Source: Moniliella sp. 'wahieum' (lineage: Eukaryota). From it: a DNA stretch of 57,604 bases. Where the stretch lies: contig RSEE01000071.1 of NCBI GenBank assembly GCA_003971905.1, positions 310,001-367,604 on the forward strand. Reading direction: 5' to 3'. A program made the position numbers and the translations under genes. Under the pieces are notes generated by a model that did not search any database, had not been told where the DNA came from, and saw only the letters and a program-made list of their open reading frames with translations. Positions 14,949 through 30,231 of this stretch are shown here, piece after piece; positions within the stretch are counted from its first letter, which is position 1, and each line of letters begins with the position of its first letter.

Positions 14949-16851
14949 TCAAAACGAACGAACCGACACACGAAACAGATGCCCTGGGCCGCCCCAACCC
15001 CGAATCTCAAAGCCATACCCATATAGCCATACCCCCCCCATTCCCCTCACCTCCTCGCACCAAAACACGTTCCCCAGTGGTAGGGCCGGTGGGAGGGGCA
15101 GGATCTTGGTCGCTCGCTCGAGGCGCGACATGCGCTTGTACCCGGCCGCGCCGGTCACCCGAAGAGGCGTGTAGCGCACCTGGGACTTTGCGGGGGACAA
15201 GCCCGAGAGGGAAGGGGGGGTAACGAGCGAGCTGGACGAAGGGGAGGACAAAGTCGGGGTGGTAGTACGTGGCGAAAGCACATCCGATGCAACTGGTGCC
15301 TCTGGCGCGGCTAACGCTGGCGCAGCGAGCGTGGGCATGCGACGTAAGGCCTCGGGAACGAGCGTTGATGCGGGTAGGTACGACCAAGCCACGTAGCAAG
15401 TCGGTGGCCGTGACTAGGGCAGCGCTGAGCCCCGCTTCGGACGGATCATGGCCTCCATCGGGCAGCAGAGTGAGGTGGCCTCGGGCCAGAGGGACCGCAG
15501 TGTCCATACGGCCGAGGGGGGCGAAATCAGGTCGTAGCGGCCCTGCACGAGGCGGGTGGGGATGTGGCGGATACGAGAAAGAGCGGTCGGATGGAGTAAG
15601 GGGGTGGGGAGAAAGGAGTTGTGGAGCAGATGGGTCTCGATTTTGGCCGCGGCCAGTTGGGCCTGGAAACGAACGTCAGAAAGGGGAAGGGGGGGGGGGG
15701 GTACCCTGAGAGGGGGGGAAACAAAACGCACCTCGGTGGCCGGTTGAGCTTGAGCCTGGGCCAGAGACGGAACCGGAGCAGAGCGCGACGTAAAAGTTGC
15801 TGGCTCCAGTCTTGTAGGCCGACCAAAAGTAGCGGCTTGGTTCCGGACAGCAGGGTCATCAGCGACAAGGCGCGAATGGTAAGCTTGGACGAGATCGCCT
15901 CTTTCTTCTTCCGGGGATAAACGAGACAAATGCATCCACAGGTCGGGGAGGATGTGCCGTGCGCCGTTGGGCCTGAGCCAAAACGCATCCCCCTGGCCCT
16001 GGCCCGCCTCGACCCCAGCCAAAACCAAAGCCGAGACAGCGGTCGGGTGGCTTGCGGTACGCCAAGGCCACTGTGGCGCCCCAGGAAACACCCAGGATGA
16101 GCCAGCGGTCCACATGGAAGGAGGTACGGATGAGCTCGAGATCATGCAAGAGGAGAGGGGTGGTGTTTTTCCTCCGTCTCGCCCGCAGGCGTGCTGCGTC
16201 CGCCCCCCCTAAGGTCGAGCGAGAGGATGGGTACTGGGACGAGTCGAGCCAGCGGCGTTGGAGGGGGGTGCAGCCTACGCCAGGGGAGGGGGGAAGAAGA
16301 AGCAGGGCTGGAGTGCCATCGGGCGTGCCGGACCAAGACCAGAAGAGCTGGTGGGTGGCAGAGACGCGCAGCATGCCCTGATCGTACGGCTCGAGGGGGG
16401 CGTAGAGCGGCACGAGGCCAGGCTTGGGGCCGGTCAAGGACCGCTGGGCCGAGTCCGAAGGCGAGCCCAAAGGCCGCTCCGAAGGCGAATCCGAACGAAC
16501 AGGAACAGCAGCAGCGGATGGCGATGCAGTATCCGTCACGCAGATCTGCGGCGGGGGCGCGTGGGGAGGCGGCGTGTCTTCGGCGAGCGACGCGCGTGGA
16601 CGCGCGTGCGCACGGGCGGTGGAGGGGAGGAGGAGCGGATGTGGTTCACGGCGGGCGAGGAGACGCTGCGTGGAAGAGACGCGGCGCGCGCACTTCGCGA
16701 CAAGGCCCATGGCGGATGGAGACGGTGGGACTTGGTCGGGGTGTGGGCGTGGAGGCGGCAGGGGCGGCGGGTCGCCTGTCGAGGGCGCCGACGGAGCGTC
16801 GTGGCGGCCAAAGGAGCTGAGGCGGTTGCGCAGCCGCGCGAGGACAGGCAT
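14949..16851 (-). CDS. Proline iminopeptidase-like alpha/beta hydrolase (S33) with long low-complexity termini
   Basis: LYAPLEPYDQGMLRVS, NTTPLLLHDLELIR, nucleophile GVSWGATVALAY, IPTRLVQGRYDL, GGH. The 3' end is uncertain because of frameshifts. Confidence 0.8.
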
Positions 16852-17917
16852 GCTGGTGCTGCGGGCGGCGGCAGAGATGGCAGAAGGACGCCCAGCACGC
16901 GCACGCAGCTGGGCAAGCAAGAAGCGGGAGAGGTGCCCATAGCAGAATCGCCGATTCCAAATTATCAAAACCCATCCCCCTCGCAGCGCACGCCAGGCCA
17001 CACAGTGGCGCCGTGCTGGTGTGGCGCACGGCAGCAGCGCACGCGCGGGGCACGGGGGCAGTGGTGCGCAAGCGTGCCTGGTGCGCGCGCTTCCGACACA
17101 GCCGCAGGCCGCAGGCCGTCGGCGCCAGGCACTGGAGCGCACTGGGCGATCCATCCCCGCTTCGTTCCCGTCGAACAAGCGAGCCGCAAGGCAGTCCCTC
17201 GTCACGTGCTGGCCACGCGAGGGCAGCAGGTGCATTGTCATACACACAACCCAGCCTGTCCTCTTCTGCCCACCCCGACTGTGGGAAGATGGATGGCACA
17301 TCGTCGGCGCATTCCATCCCTCCCTCCCTCCACCTCACATCCATTGCTTTCCCAGCGGCTGCGTTCTGCAGTGGGGCTATGCAAATCGCGCACGCACAAC
17401 ATACAATCTACTGGCACAAACGGTGCCCAAGCCGGGTCCGTGGTCCGTGGTAGGAAAGGAGCACGGCGCGCTGGAGCAGGGCAGGGGTGGCAGGTGTGAG
17501 GGAAATCCGGGCACGTGTGGGGCGGCAGGGGCAAAGGAGGCAACCAGGCCAGGCGAAGGACAGACTACCAAAAGGAAATGGAAACAAGGAAAGAGAGAAG
17601 GGGATGGAGTCGTATGGGTTGGTGGGCAATGCGAATAATGAGTAGTAGAGTACATGGTGAGGCAAGTCTGCCCCCCAAAGAAAATGTAGGAAAAGAGAGG
17701 CAAGGGAAGAAAAAAAGGACACGAGTACATGGTAGAGGCGCCATCATGCATCACATGTAACATGCAACACCTCGGGCTCTCTTCCCTCCAACTTTAAGAT
17801 CAACGGTACCGTTAAGATCGAGATCAAGAACAGAACTTTTTAGGTGAACCGGGGGGCATGGACGCATGGCATCTGCCTCTGCTGTTTTTGTGCGGTGAAG
17901 ATCCAAGCGGCGTGGGT

Positions 17918-19741
17918 TCACGAATCGGGCATGGGAGGTGGGAGGGAGAGTGTGGGCGGACTAGGGCGGCGGCGGGAAGAGAGGGTAGTACGGGGGTAGA
18001 ACGAGGGGAGCGTGAGCGCGGCAGTGAGTGCGCGTGCAGCGGGGTCGAAGGAGAGACAGCCAAGCCATCCGGGCAGCGCAAGGGAGAAGGAGAACAGGAG
18101 AAGAAGGAGAAGAAGAAGGAGAAGCAGACAAGGTATCCGGATAGGAAACTGGGGGACGGGACCGCGTCGGTTTTCCTGCCGCAGTGGGGAGAGGCGCACC
18201 GCAGACGCACCTGTCCAAGTGGATGCAGAAGCACATTCCGAGCCCGATCCAGTGGACGAAGTCGATCCCAACCCCACCGTCGAGGAGGCCGGAGAGACCG
18301 ACAAGGCTGGCGAAGCTGGCGCACTTGGTACCAACGCTGCCATCAGCGCATCAATGTCGCGTGTACCACGGGGGGTTTGGCCGGCGTACTTGGACATGGG
18401 TGCCGACGGGTGTGGCTGCCTTGGTTTGTCCTCATGGGCCAGGCCCAGCTTGGACAGGACGGTGGCAATGTGCTGTTCGTGGGCACGCGCTTCTTGCTCT
18501 GTGCGGTCGCTGACGGAGCGGGGGAAGGGGGCGACGTGCACGTGGTACGCCAACGGGAAGAGGTGGCGAGGTAGGTAACGAGTCAAGTTGCGATCCCGAG
18601 GACGAACTCGATCCCGATCCCGATCCCGATCCCGATCCCGATGCGGGAGAGGAGCCGACGGACCAAGTAGGGCTGAGATCCCTTGGATGGTTGGGTGCAG
18701 ACCCACGGGCCTTTTCCATCGCCGAGGGACGGGAGGCAAAGCTAGTGTAGAGCGAGGTAAGGGACAGTTGCTTTTTAATTGGACTCTTTCCCAGGGCCGA
18801 GCGCCAGGACCGTACGTCGTCGCGCATGCGGGGTTGGGGCGTTGGGCACGGGCTGGCGCTTGGGGTGGCGGTGGTACTCGAGGACGGAGAGGGTAACGAG
18901 GGTAACGAGGGTAATGCAGGCAAGGGCGGACGAGAGCAAGGTGCACGTGGATACGTACAGTGAGACGGGTACGTGCGGGAGCTCAAGGAGGGCGCCGAGG
19001 GCACATGGGCAAGTACCCGGCTGGTCCGGTGCCCGTTGGACAGAGGGCTTGCGGGGTGGGAAGGCAAAGGAACGGGGAAGCATTCGAGCAATTGGTTCAG
19101 GTCCGTGGGCGCGCTCGCACTGGTAGTCGGCAGGGTGGGCAAGGGCATAGCACGAGCGTTGGCACTGGTGCAACGTGAGCGGGGCTCTTGGCGCAGAGTA
19201 TCCACGGAATCCATTGGGCGAAGAGGAGCGGGAGGGGCCAGAGGCGCAGCGTGGTCCAACGTGGGTGTGTCCTCTACATGAACCGATTCGGTCGAACACG
19301 ATTGGAGCGAGGTGGTGCGGCTGCACGTGCCGACGGGGCATCTCCCGGGGCTGGACGGCAGGGTGGTACGGGAGCTATTGCTCGACGAGGGGGTCCTAGG
19401 CGACAAGGTGGCGGAATGCGAGGTGGCAAGCAAGTCATGCGGATACGACACGTCGGTCTAACGGTGGGAGAAACGGCACACGCCGAGAAGCAAAAAGGTC
19501 AGCAAAGGCTGTGACACTACACACTGAACCACTACGCCGTGTCAGAGAGCAGAGGACGAACCTTGTCCCAAATTCCATCGTCGACGCTATCCTCGTCACT
19601 GTCGGCTGTGACGGTGGTTGTCAGGCCCGTCGATGGGGGGTGAGGCGATCCTGGTGATGAGGGCGAGGCGGAGGAGAGGAATAGGCCTTGCAGAAGCCAA
19701 GGCTGGCGAGAGGGGGGCGGGAGGCTGGACATGTGCGGCAT
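17918..19741 (-). CDS. Hypothetical Ser/Pro-rich disordered protein
   Basis: Overlapping long minus-strand ORFs joined in frame by a GTTCGT...GCTGAC...TTAG intron at 19458-19561 (DGIWDK|TDVSYP). No recognisable domain; both ends uncertain. Confidence 0.4.
18609..18642. repeat. (CGATCC)n hexamer microsatellite
   Basis: About 5.5 tandem copies; coding GS or RD repeat. Confidence 0.85.
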
Positions 19742-20639
19742 CCACGGTGGGGACGGTGTTGTGGACGGAGGAGCAGACGAGGGAGGGGGTGAGGTGGGGC
19801 CGGGGCGGCCAGGCGGCCTGTCGACAAGGCGGTGTGGACGCGAGAGGGGGGGGAGGCAGAGCAGGGTGTGGGCTGGGGGGGCAGGAGGGGGGTATCGGGC
19901 GCAGGAGCACGGCGGAGGCGGTGGTGGGGAGGAGGCGAGGGCGGTGTGGGTCGCGCAGGAATATTGACCAGCGTCGGGAGGATGGCGGAGGGGCGGCCGT
20001 GTGGGACCAGATCTCTGATCCAGCCAGCCAGTCGCGTCTCCCACGCACAGACAGCCAACAAGGAGGCCAACGGAGGGATTCCCTGTCCCACCCGACGGGA
20101 GAAAGCGGCGCGGGACACAGGCGCGTGCGGGGCGGGAGAAATTGGAAATGGACAGCCAGCGCAGCCCAGCAGCACCCTGGGCGCCAGATGGGGCGACTAG
20201 TGACTACCTTTAGGGACGGGCGGCCGACAGCCGCTGTGCGGGCGAAGAGGGGCCGAGAAGGGCAGCGCAGGGCAGAAGACAGAGTGTAGGAGGGCCCTGG
20301 ATCCTGAATCATCCGGATGGGGCCCTGGTGGGCCCTGGCCAGCAGCCTGTCACCTGCCGCTGCCACTGCCACTGCCACATGGCCCATGTCAGAGCCATTC
20401 ACCGCCAAGGCGTCAGTCACGCATCAACCGAGACTACCGTGGATTTGGCTCCAGAAGCCCCCAGAACGGCCACGCTGGGACAGGCCAGGAGCGCTCGCGC
20501 GCCCCCCTGCCCTCCCTCTCCAAGTTCCACTCCCCCATCAAACGTTTGATGTTTAACGCGTATCGTTTAACGCCTTGATGTGCGGCAGCTGTGCCCCCCT
20601 TTTGCACCAAACCTACCCCCTCCTCCCGTCGGCAGCGGC

Positions 20640-21610
20640 ACAGGCGATACCTGTAACATGTCGCAGTTGTAACAGGTAACCGGTAACCGGTAACTATAGT
20701 AGTAACTGGTAACTCCGGTAACTAGCAACTGGTAACCGGTTTGTGGTACCGGTAACTAGCAACTAGTAAAACTATAGTCCATCCGGCAACCGATCGGTAA
20801 CTGTTTCGCTTTATAATGCGCAACCACATAAACTTGGACAGAATCCGCTTAACCGTATCGGTAGATCACCGGTACCACACCGTTTTGTCCCACAGACAGT
20901 AACTAGTAACTAGTAACTAGTAACTAGCCGGGCCTAAGACCTAACCTAAGGCCAGATGTCGACCCACCGCCGTCCTAGCCACCCACCGCCCCCACCGCCC
21001 ACCACCCACCCTCCACCCTCCACCCCGCACCGCGGTACCGCGTGCGTGCCGCGTAACGCGCTTAACGCGTAACGCACAGAGTACCCTGGACCAACCGGCT
21101 TCGGATCGACACTCCAACTGGCCTGACTTGCGCTCTCTTCCATATGCACCCCCTGCTTTCCGTCGGGCGTATGTCAATGAGCTCTTGAAGCTTGAGTCTT
21201 GAGCCTGAGGCCCTGAGGCCCCGAGGCCTGAGGCTCAGGGCGAATGCATGACACTCTTGGAGCCCCACGGGCTGACGCTGACGGACACTGGCTGACGCTG
21301 CGCGCTGACGCCGGCCGAGCGAAGTGTGATGTGTCATGTGTGACAATCACATACAATGTATGTGACATGTACCACGGCACGCGACAACCCGAGAAGCCTG
21401 GCCGCCACAATGTCCTGCCTCCGCTCGGGATCGGGATCCTATCCGTCCTTGAGCTCCTTGAAGCTTGAAGCTTGAAGGTCGAAATTGGAAAAGCTGGAAG
21501 CTTTTGTGAAACGCTTGAAGCTTGAGCTTGAAGCGGGAAACTGGAAGCTTCTCAAGCTCCTCGAGGGACACGAGGCCAGATGGCCTGAGGATGATGGCCT
21601 TGTGGCTCTG
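20640..21610. repeat. Cluster of 7-bp palindrome-unit arrays
   Basis: (GGTAACC)2-3 at 20675-20695, (TAACTAG)4 at 20900-20927, TAA-CGCG-TAA at 21063-21072, TGA-GGCC type at 21200-21240, (CTTGAAG)3 at 21457-21477. Confidence 0.85.
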
Positions 21611-24059
21611 AAATGGGGACGTTGGCAAAGGACGTATACGCCGGCGTTTTTAGCGGGCGTATAACATGCGTAACCACTGTGAGTCAGTCACGTTTCCGCA
21701 CAGACAGCGATACGAGTGGTATGCGCTGCTGGTGTGCGCAGGACGACTGGAGCGCGGTCGACCATCCGCATCGAGCATCCACGAACTCAGCTTCCCACTT
21801 CCACAGTGGGAAAGGGCTGGTCTACGCGTCACGATATGTCAGCCAGCTGTCACATATCACACGCTGTCACTTGCTGCAGTGCGAAGCAAAATGAATAAAA
21901 GTAGGGTGGACGATAGGAACTAGTACTAGTAAAAGTACGGTAGGTACAAGCACTCATATACCGCGGCTGCCGCGGTACCCTCCGTTACCGGTTACCTGCC
22001 CTGCAACCGCTCTTGCGTGTCCTCTTATCCATCCCACAAAATGTTTTTTTTCATCTTCCATGGATGCCGGAAACGGCTACGCAAATATACTCTCTTGCCA
22101 ATAATACGTCCGCCAGGTTCCAGCTGGTCTGCGTGGGCTAGGGCTTGCTATGGCCAGAGCATCGAGCGTTGCAACAATCCCCACGAAGTATGTGAAACGT
22201 GCGAACCGTGTGAAACAGTAGTTTGATGAGGAGATGGAAAACCAAGGTCGATAGCCGAACAGGCTTTTCTATGCCGAGGATGCACAACAGCGTTGTCCAA
22301 TTTGTTGGATATATCCGATCCAAGGGGGACTTTGTTGTTTATATGGAACCTAACCTGATAATGTGACGCGCACCTAGGCAACGCCCTGCTGGCAAGCGTC
22401 AATAAGTTGAGGGCCGTTCTGCCGTCATACAACTTATGCAGTGTCAACCATTGCGAATTGAATGTTGAGGCCCTGAGGCCTGAGATCGATGACATGATAA
22501 AGGAAATAGGGTGTGCGGTTGCATCCATCGGAGAAGAAACTAATAAAACCAAGTCCAACTCCCAACATCAATTTATTGCCAATACAAATGCGTTTCAACG
22601 TCCAACCACGTCCCCCAAAATCAACGACCCCCCGCCCCCCTCCAATCGTCGTTTCAGCGCGTTCACAGTGAGTACTACTGAGTTTTGCCAATGGACTCCC
22701 GTCACCTCAGTGACCGCGATCCCCATTGGCGGATGTGTCATACTGACTTGGTGTATTATACACCACGCCGCAATACGATTACATTCGGATACGGTGTAGA
22801 AGGGAGGGGGGGTCATCCGGTCAGGCTGGCCATCAAACATCGAAGAAGTCGTCTCGGTATATAGCCTCTTCTCCTTTTGTGAGAGATTCATTCCATGGAA
22901 CGAAAATCACTCTAGCCCTTACTATAGTTTTACTACTGTCACGGGCTGCGGCGACACGAGATGGTCCGACCGAAGCTGAGGCCCGTCTGCTCCGCACAGG
23001 CCCAGTAGAGCGTGCTCCGCAGGCCAACCGAGTGTGATGATGGTTGGCTAATTAAGTATCGTGGCCGAAGGCCATGCTCAGCGCGACAACAGTCGCCTCC
23101 CGCCCAAGTCCACGTCGGCCGGCCTAAATAAGGCCACCGAGCTTCCAATGCCGTGGCGGCGTCTGCCGCCTCGTTCCCGTTTCCTTTTCCTTTCTCGGTC
23201 GCGCCTGCGGCGACCAACCCCGCTTTTGACATGTCTTCCTTTCTACAACCCCCTCTTGTATCCGTTTCCCTTTTGATCCTGCCTGTACCCCTGGTTGATG
23301 GGGATCTTTTCCCCCACCTTCCCTTCTCGTCCTTTCTCGTCATCCTCTCGCCTTCCCGTCTATCCTGTCCGACTCCTGCCCGTTTCCAGCCAATTTATCC
23401 AGTACAGGCAGCTTCTCTTGTTAGCGTCCGACTTCTCCTCCGACCTCGTCCTCCAGCCCTTCGTCAGTCCAATCGCGCGAGCCCTCCTCTGGTCGCGGCG
23501 ATTCCCAGTCTCTGTTGACGCAGTGTTGTCCCCCTCTGCCTCCTCCCGTCCCTAAGTCTCGGAGGCTTCAGACACGTTACTACGGCCCAAGCCGGTGCAG
23601 ACGCAGCCTTGCCACACGTGCAGCCGCCCCACCAAAGGCCTCTCCTCGTCCCTAGCTCCGCTCGGACGCACCAACCAGCCTAAGCCCGAAACTACCGTGA
23701 GTCGACCTACCGTCGCCTAAGGGATTGTACCCCAAAAACCCCAGGCGGGCCCCCTGGCGGCGCCCGCCCGTGACAACTACCGCCTTGCCACTCTCGAAGC
23801 TCCATATCTTTGAGATGGCGTCCCACAGGTAGCCCCACCCCCCACCATTGCAGAATGTATCATGTGAGAAGTAAATGTCTGTCAGCATAGCTTTCTGCCT
23901 TTGCCCGACGAAAAAGATATCTATGTGCGTGGGGCCCCCGAGGTCCTCTCCTACGCCCCTCCCCTCTTCTAGGCCGGATGGCCTCGCCGATCATTCTAAC
24001 CCCTAACACGGTAAAAAAGAAAACCTCGGGAACCGGGATCATGCGATCACGCAACGTGT

Positions 24060-24880
24060 ATCGCTGCTATACTATAAGTAACTAGTAACTAGTAACTGGC
24101 AACTGTGCCGTATACCAGAGGAGAAGTATCCCCGGGCGCCACGGTCCATAAAAACTCCAATCTATTGCAAATCATTTCCCATTCATGCATCGTGCATGTC
24201 TGGGCATCAGATGCACATGAATCATGCGTCTGCCCGTTACTTGGGGTTGATTGGTACCTGGCGCTCCCGTCGACACCATAAGCCGAAGCTGGCGATGGCG
24301 CCGCGCCCAAATCTGAAAGCGCGCAAAGGTCAACGATCAACTTGGACGCAGCTAGAAAAGCCTTTCAAGCTTCAAGCTTCAAGCCCAAGCGGGCGTTTCC
24401 TTCCCATACGCGTGCGGATGGCCCCATTTTTGACAGCTGCTGGTGGCTGGCTCTGTTCAGTTGAACGTTGAACGTTGATGCATGATGCATGATGTGTGGC
24501 TGAAAGGTCCGTCGATGCATCCATGTCGCCTACTGCCTTCGTGGCACGACGCCTCTGTCCGTCGCGCGTGCTCGGTGGCGAAGTCACCAGTGAGGTCATC
24601 AATGGTCAATGATTAATGAGGGGATCTGCGTCGGCACATACTTATCACTCCCACGAAGCTACATAGTGCGTCGTGGTTGGTCGAGTGGCCAGGGTCGGCG
24701 GCGTCCAGGAGCGGGTCCAGGAGCACGGACGCGCCGGGTTGGCAAAAGCTCAGTCGTAAGGCTTAGGCCTAACAACTCAAAAGCGCGCTGAAGCTGGAGC
24801 TAAGCAGCTCTGAGATCTGAAGGATCTGAAGCTTGAAGCTCTTGAAGCGTATTCAATGTTGAAGCGTTGCGAGGTTGATC
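24060..24880. repeat. Cluster of 7-bp palindrome-unit arrays
   Basis: (TAACTAG)n at about 24079-24097, (TTCAAGC)3 at 24364-24384, TGA-ACGT/TGA-TGCA run at 24462-24494, TGA-GATC-TGA and TGA-AGCT at 24811-24840. Confidence 0.85.
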
Positions 24881-26550
24881 TGGTTGCCAAGGCACGCGCC
24901 TTGTCGCGAGAAGACCTCTGCATCCTGATCCACTCACCTACATGGAGAGCACCACAGCGGATGGGCTGATGAGGCGCTCAAGAGCGCTGAGCTCGACAAG
25001 TGTATAGGACAGCAGCAGCATATAAGTGAGACCCCGATTGCGTGTGAGAGATGGACGTTGGATATATATTGTAGGAAGCCGGAAGGATCTATACAGGAGA
25101 AAAAGTCACTAGTCACTCTAGGCCCCACCAGGCCACTCCTGCTGTCCTGACTTTGCGCTTATCATGTGGTTAGGATACGTGGCCATACACACGCCATCTC
25201 CGGCGTCGGCCTCCGCGGAGAACCTCTTTTGGAGGTACATCATTAAAGAGGTGACAGAAAGTCCTCCTTTTCACGATTGGTCACGCTGACAGTGGTGAAT
25301 ACGCCTCATCTTGAAGCTTAAAGTCAGTCTCACCGTCGCAACACTATAATATCCTCTCCTCAACGTTCAACCGACCTCCGTACGAAGACCGAACGTTGAC
25401 GTTGAAAGCTGACCGCAGTCGGGCCACAGGATAGCGCACAGCCGTTGGATCAGAATAGTCGGCTTTTGTTCCACTTCTATCCGTCGGAAACCTGTTGAGG
25501 CGTTGGCGACATGCATAATTTGCAATAGGAGAATCGTGAAACCCGCCTTACAACAAAACAGTAACTTGGAACAGAACAGATCCGTTGTAGGCGACCTTCT
25601 GGGATGAACCAAACTTTCCTCTTCGGCACACAACAGTGCCGTGCTGATGACAGTGAGTCTCAAGCAGTAACAACTCTCGAGGTTGCAAGCTGCGCTCAGT
25701 CTCGAACCCCCGGGCTTGGCAAACGGATTGGCGGTACATGAAAAGGGTGCAGGTGAATGGAACTCATGTTTTACGTTGACGCTTGCACAGAATGGACGGT
25801 CCGAGATCCTACACCATCGCGGGGGAATTGCAATTCCTGGCACACGACTGTTGTGTTCTTTCCTGTCGTACTTGTTTTTTGACGATGTGATCAAGTATCT
25901 TTAGTCGTCATATGCATGTCATGGGGGGCAAGGAGACGCGGGGGATCCCCTCCCAACCTTCTGGACGGGAACCTATGCGTATTGTCTCCCTATGGTGCAC
26001 TGCAGCCCCCTCTAATGTTTGCGAATTGCGCTGTAGCCACGCTGTCCCAGTTGGGGTGAAAACGACCATGCTTTCGGTCGTTGTCTGGGCCGTGATGACT
26101 TTGTGGGTGTGCCCAGCCTGGCTGGGTTGAAGCCGATGTGTTCGGTCTTGGGGTGATGAGATCCACCGACACTGGCTCAAGATGCCATTTGGGAAACAGA
26201 AATGCCCTTATTCCTTCAACACTTACGTGCTTTTGGAAGAACACGTGTATATGATTCTTCCCAGTCAAATCCCCGGTTCTCTATACTGTGCAGCCAAGGT
26301 GCGTTCAGCTGACTTTGGCAGCGTACGTGCTTGTCCAGAAGGCTGGGAGACAGTGTTGCGTGCTCTGCCCATGCGTCTGCCCCTGCACGCAGAGGGCGGT
26401 GCTCTGTTGCTCTTTTGGTGTCTGCCCGCGGCACCCTGCTCCACTTACGCTGCGTGTTGCGAATTGCGATTTCAACAATGCCGCGCATGCCCCACTCCGA
26501 GTTCCGAGCTTTGCGTGTTCGCATCATGCATGATGCATCATGCATCGACC

Positions 26551-26690
26551 CGCGACGCGACGCGGTGTGTCGCCCGGGGGTTACATCAGCCGCCGGGGAC
26601 ACAGGCGGGGGGCCTGGACGCGGATGCTGCGTGCGCGACGCGTGGCGCGTGGCGTGGAAGAAGGGGCGCGTCGCAGCGCGTCGCGTGGCG
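26551..26690. promoter_or_regulatory. Cluster of MCB-like (ACGCG/CGCGT) elements in MCM4 promoter
   Basis: ACGCGT at 26638-26643 plus several ACGCG/CGCGT cores within about 220 bp of the MCM4 ATG. MBF regulation of replication genes is established in yeasts, but the GC-rich background raises the chance rate. Confidence 0.55.
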
Positions 26691-26772
26691 GACGCAGCAG
26701 GCGGGCAGAACGCAGGCAGGGCGCCAGTGGGCGTCTGGGGTTCGCATCCCCCCACCACCTCCGCCACCCGCC

Positions 26773-29818
<3,046 letters not shown>

Positions 29819-30231
29819 TCCCCGCTTGCTGCTTGTTGTCGAATGAAGAAAATGTGATCTGTGTCCGCTTCCCGAGAAACATTCTCTGCTATACAGTGAC
29901 ACAAACGTTGGGCGCTGTCCGACACCATAGGCCGGAGATGATTGAGATGAAGTAGGAAGATAGTGAGAGCTCGGGGTTTGGAGGAAGACCGCGAGGAGCG
30001 GAGGACCACTGCAGAGGAGAAGTCTCTTTCCGGCAGGGCGTCCAATAATAAGCTTCAAGTTTCGTTAATTCTGGTACGGTACTTTCAATCGCAGCACTTC
30101 TCGTGGGCCTGCGGAACAAAAAAAGCAATTTAACCTTTACGTTTTAACGTCCAATTGGACGCGAACAGCTTTTTCTTCTCGCCGCTGTCCTTAATTGCGT
30201 CTCTCCGCCAACCACCTTCTCTTCGTTTTCC

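Noticed and set aside
20640..21610. CRISPR-like array or telomeric repeat
   Set aside because: No constant 25-45-bp repeats with unique spacers, no cas genes, a eukaryotic context, and the units are not TTAGGG.
20500..26700. Mating-type pheromone precursor or C/D snoRNA cluster in the gene gap
   Set aside because: I found no small ORF ending in CAAX-stop. The few TGATGA words lack matched D boxes with terminal stems.
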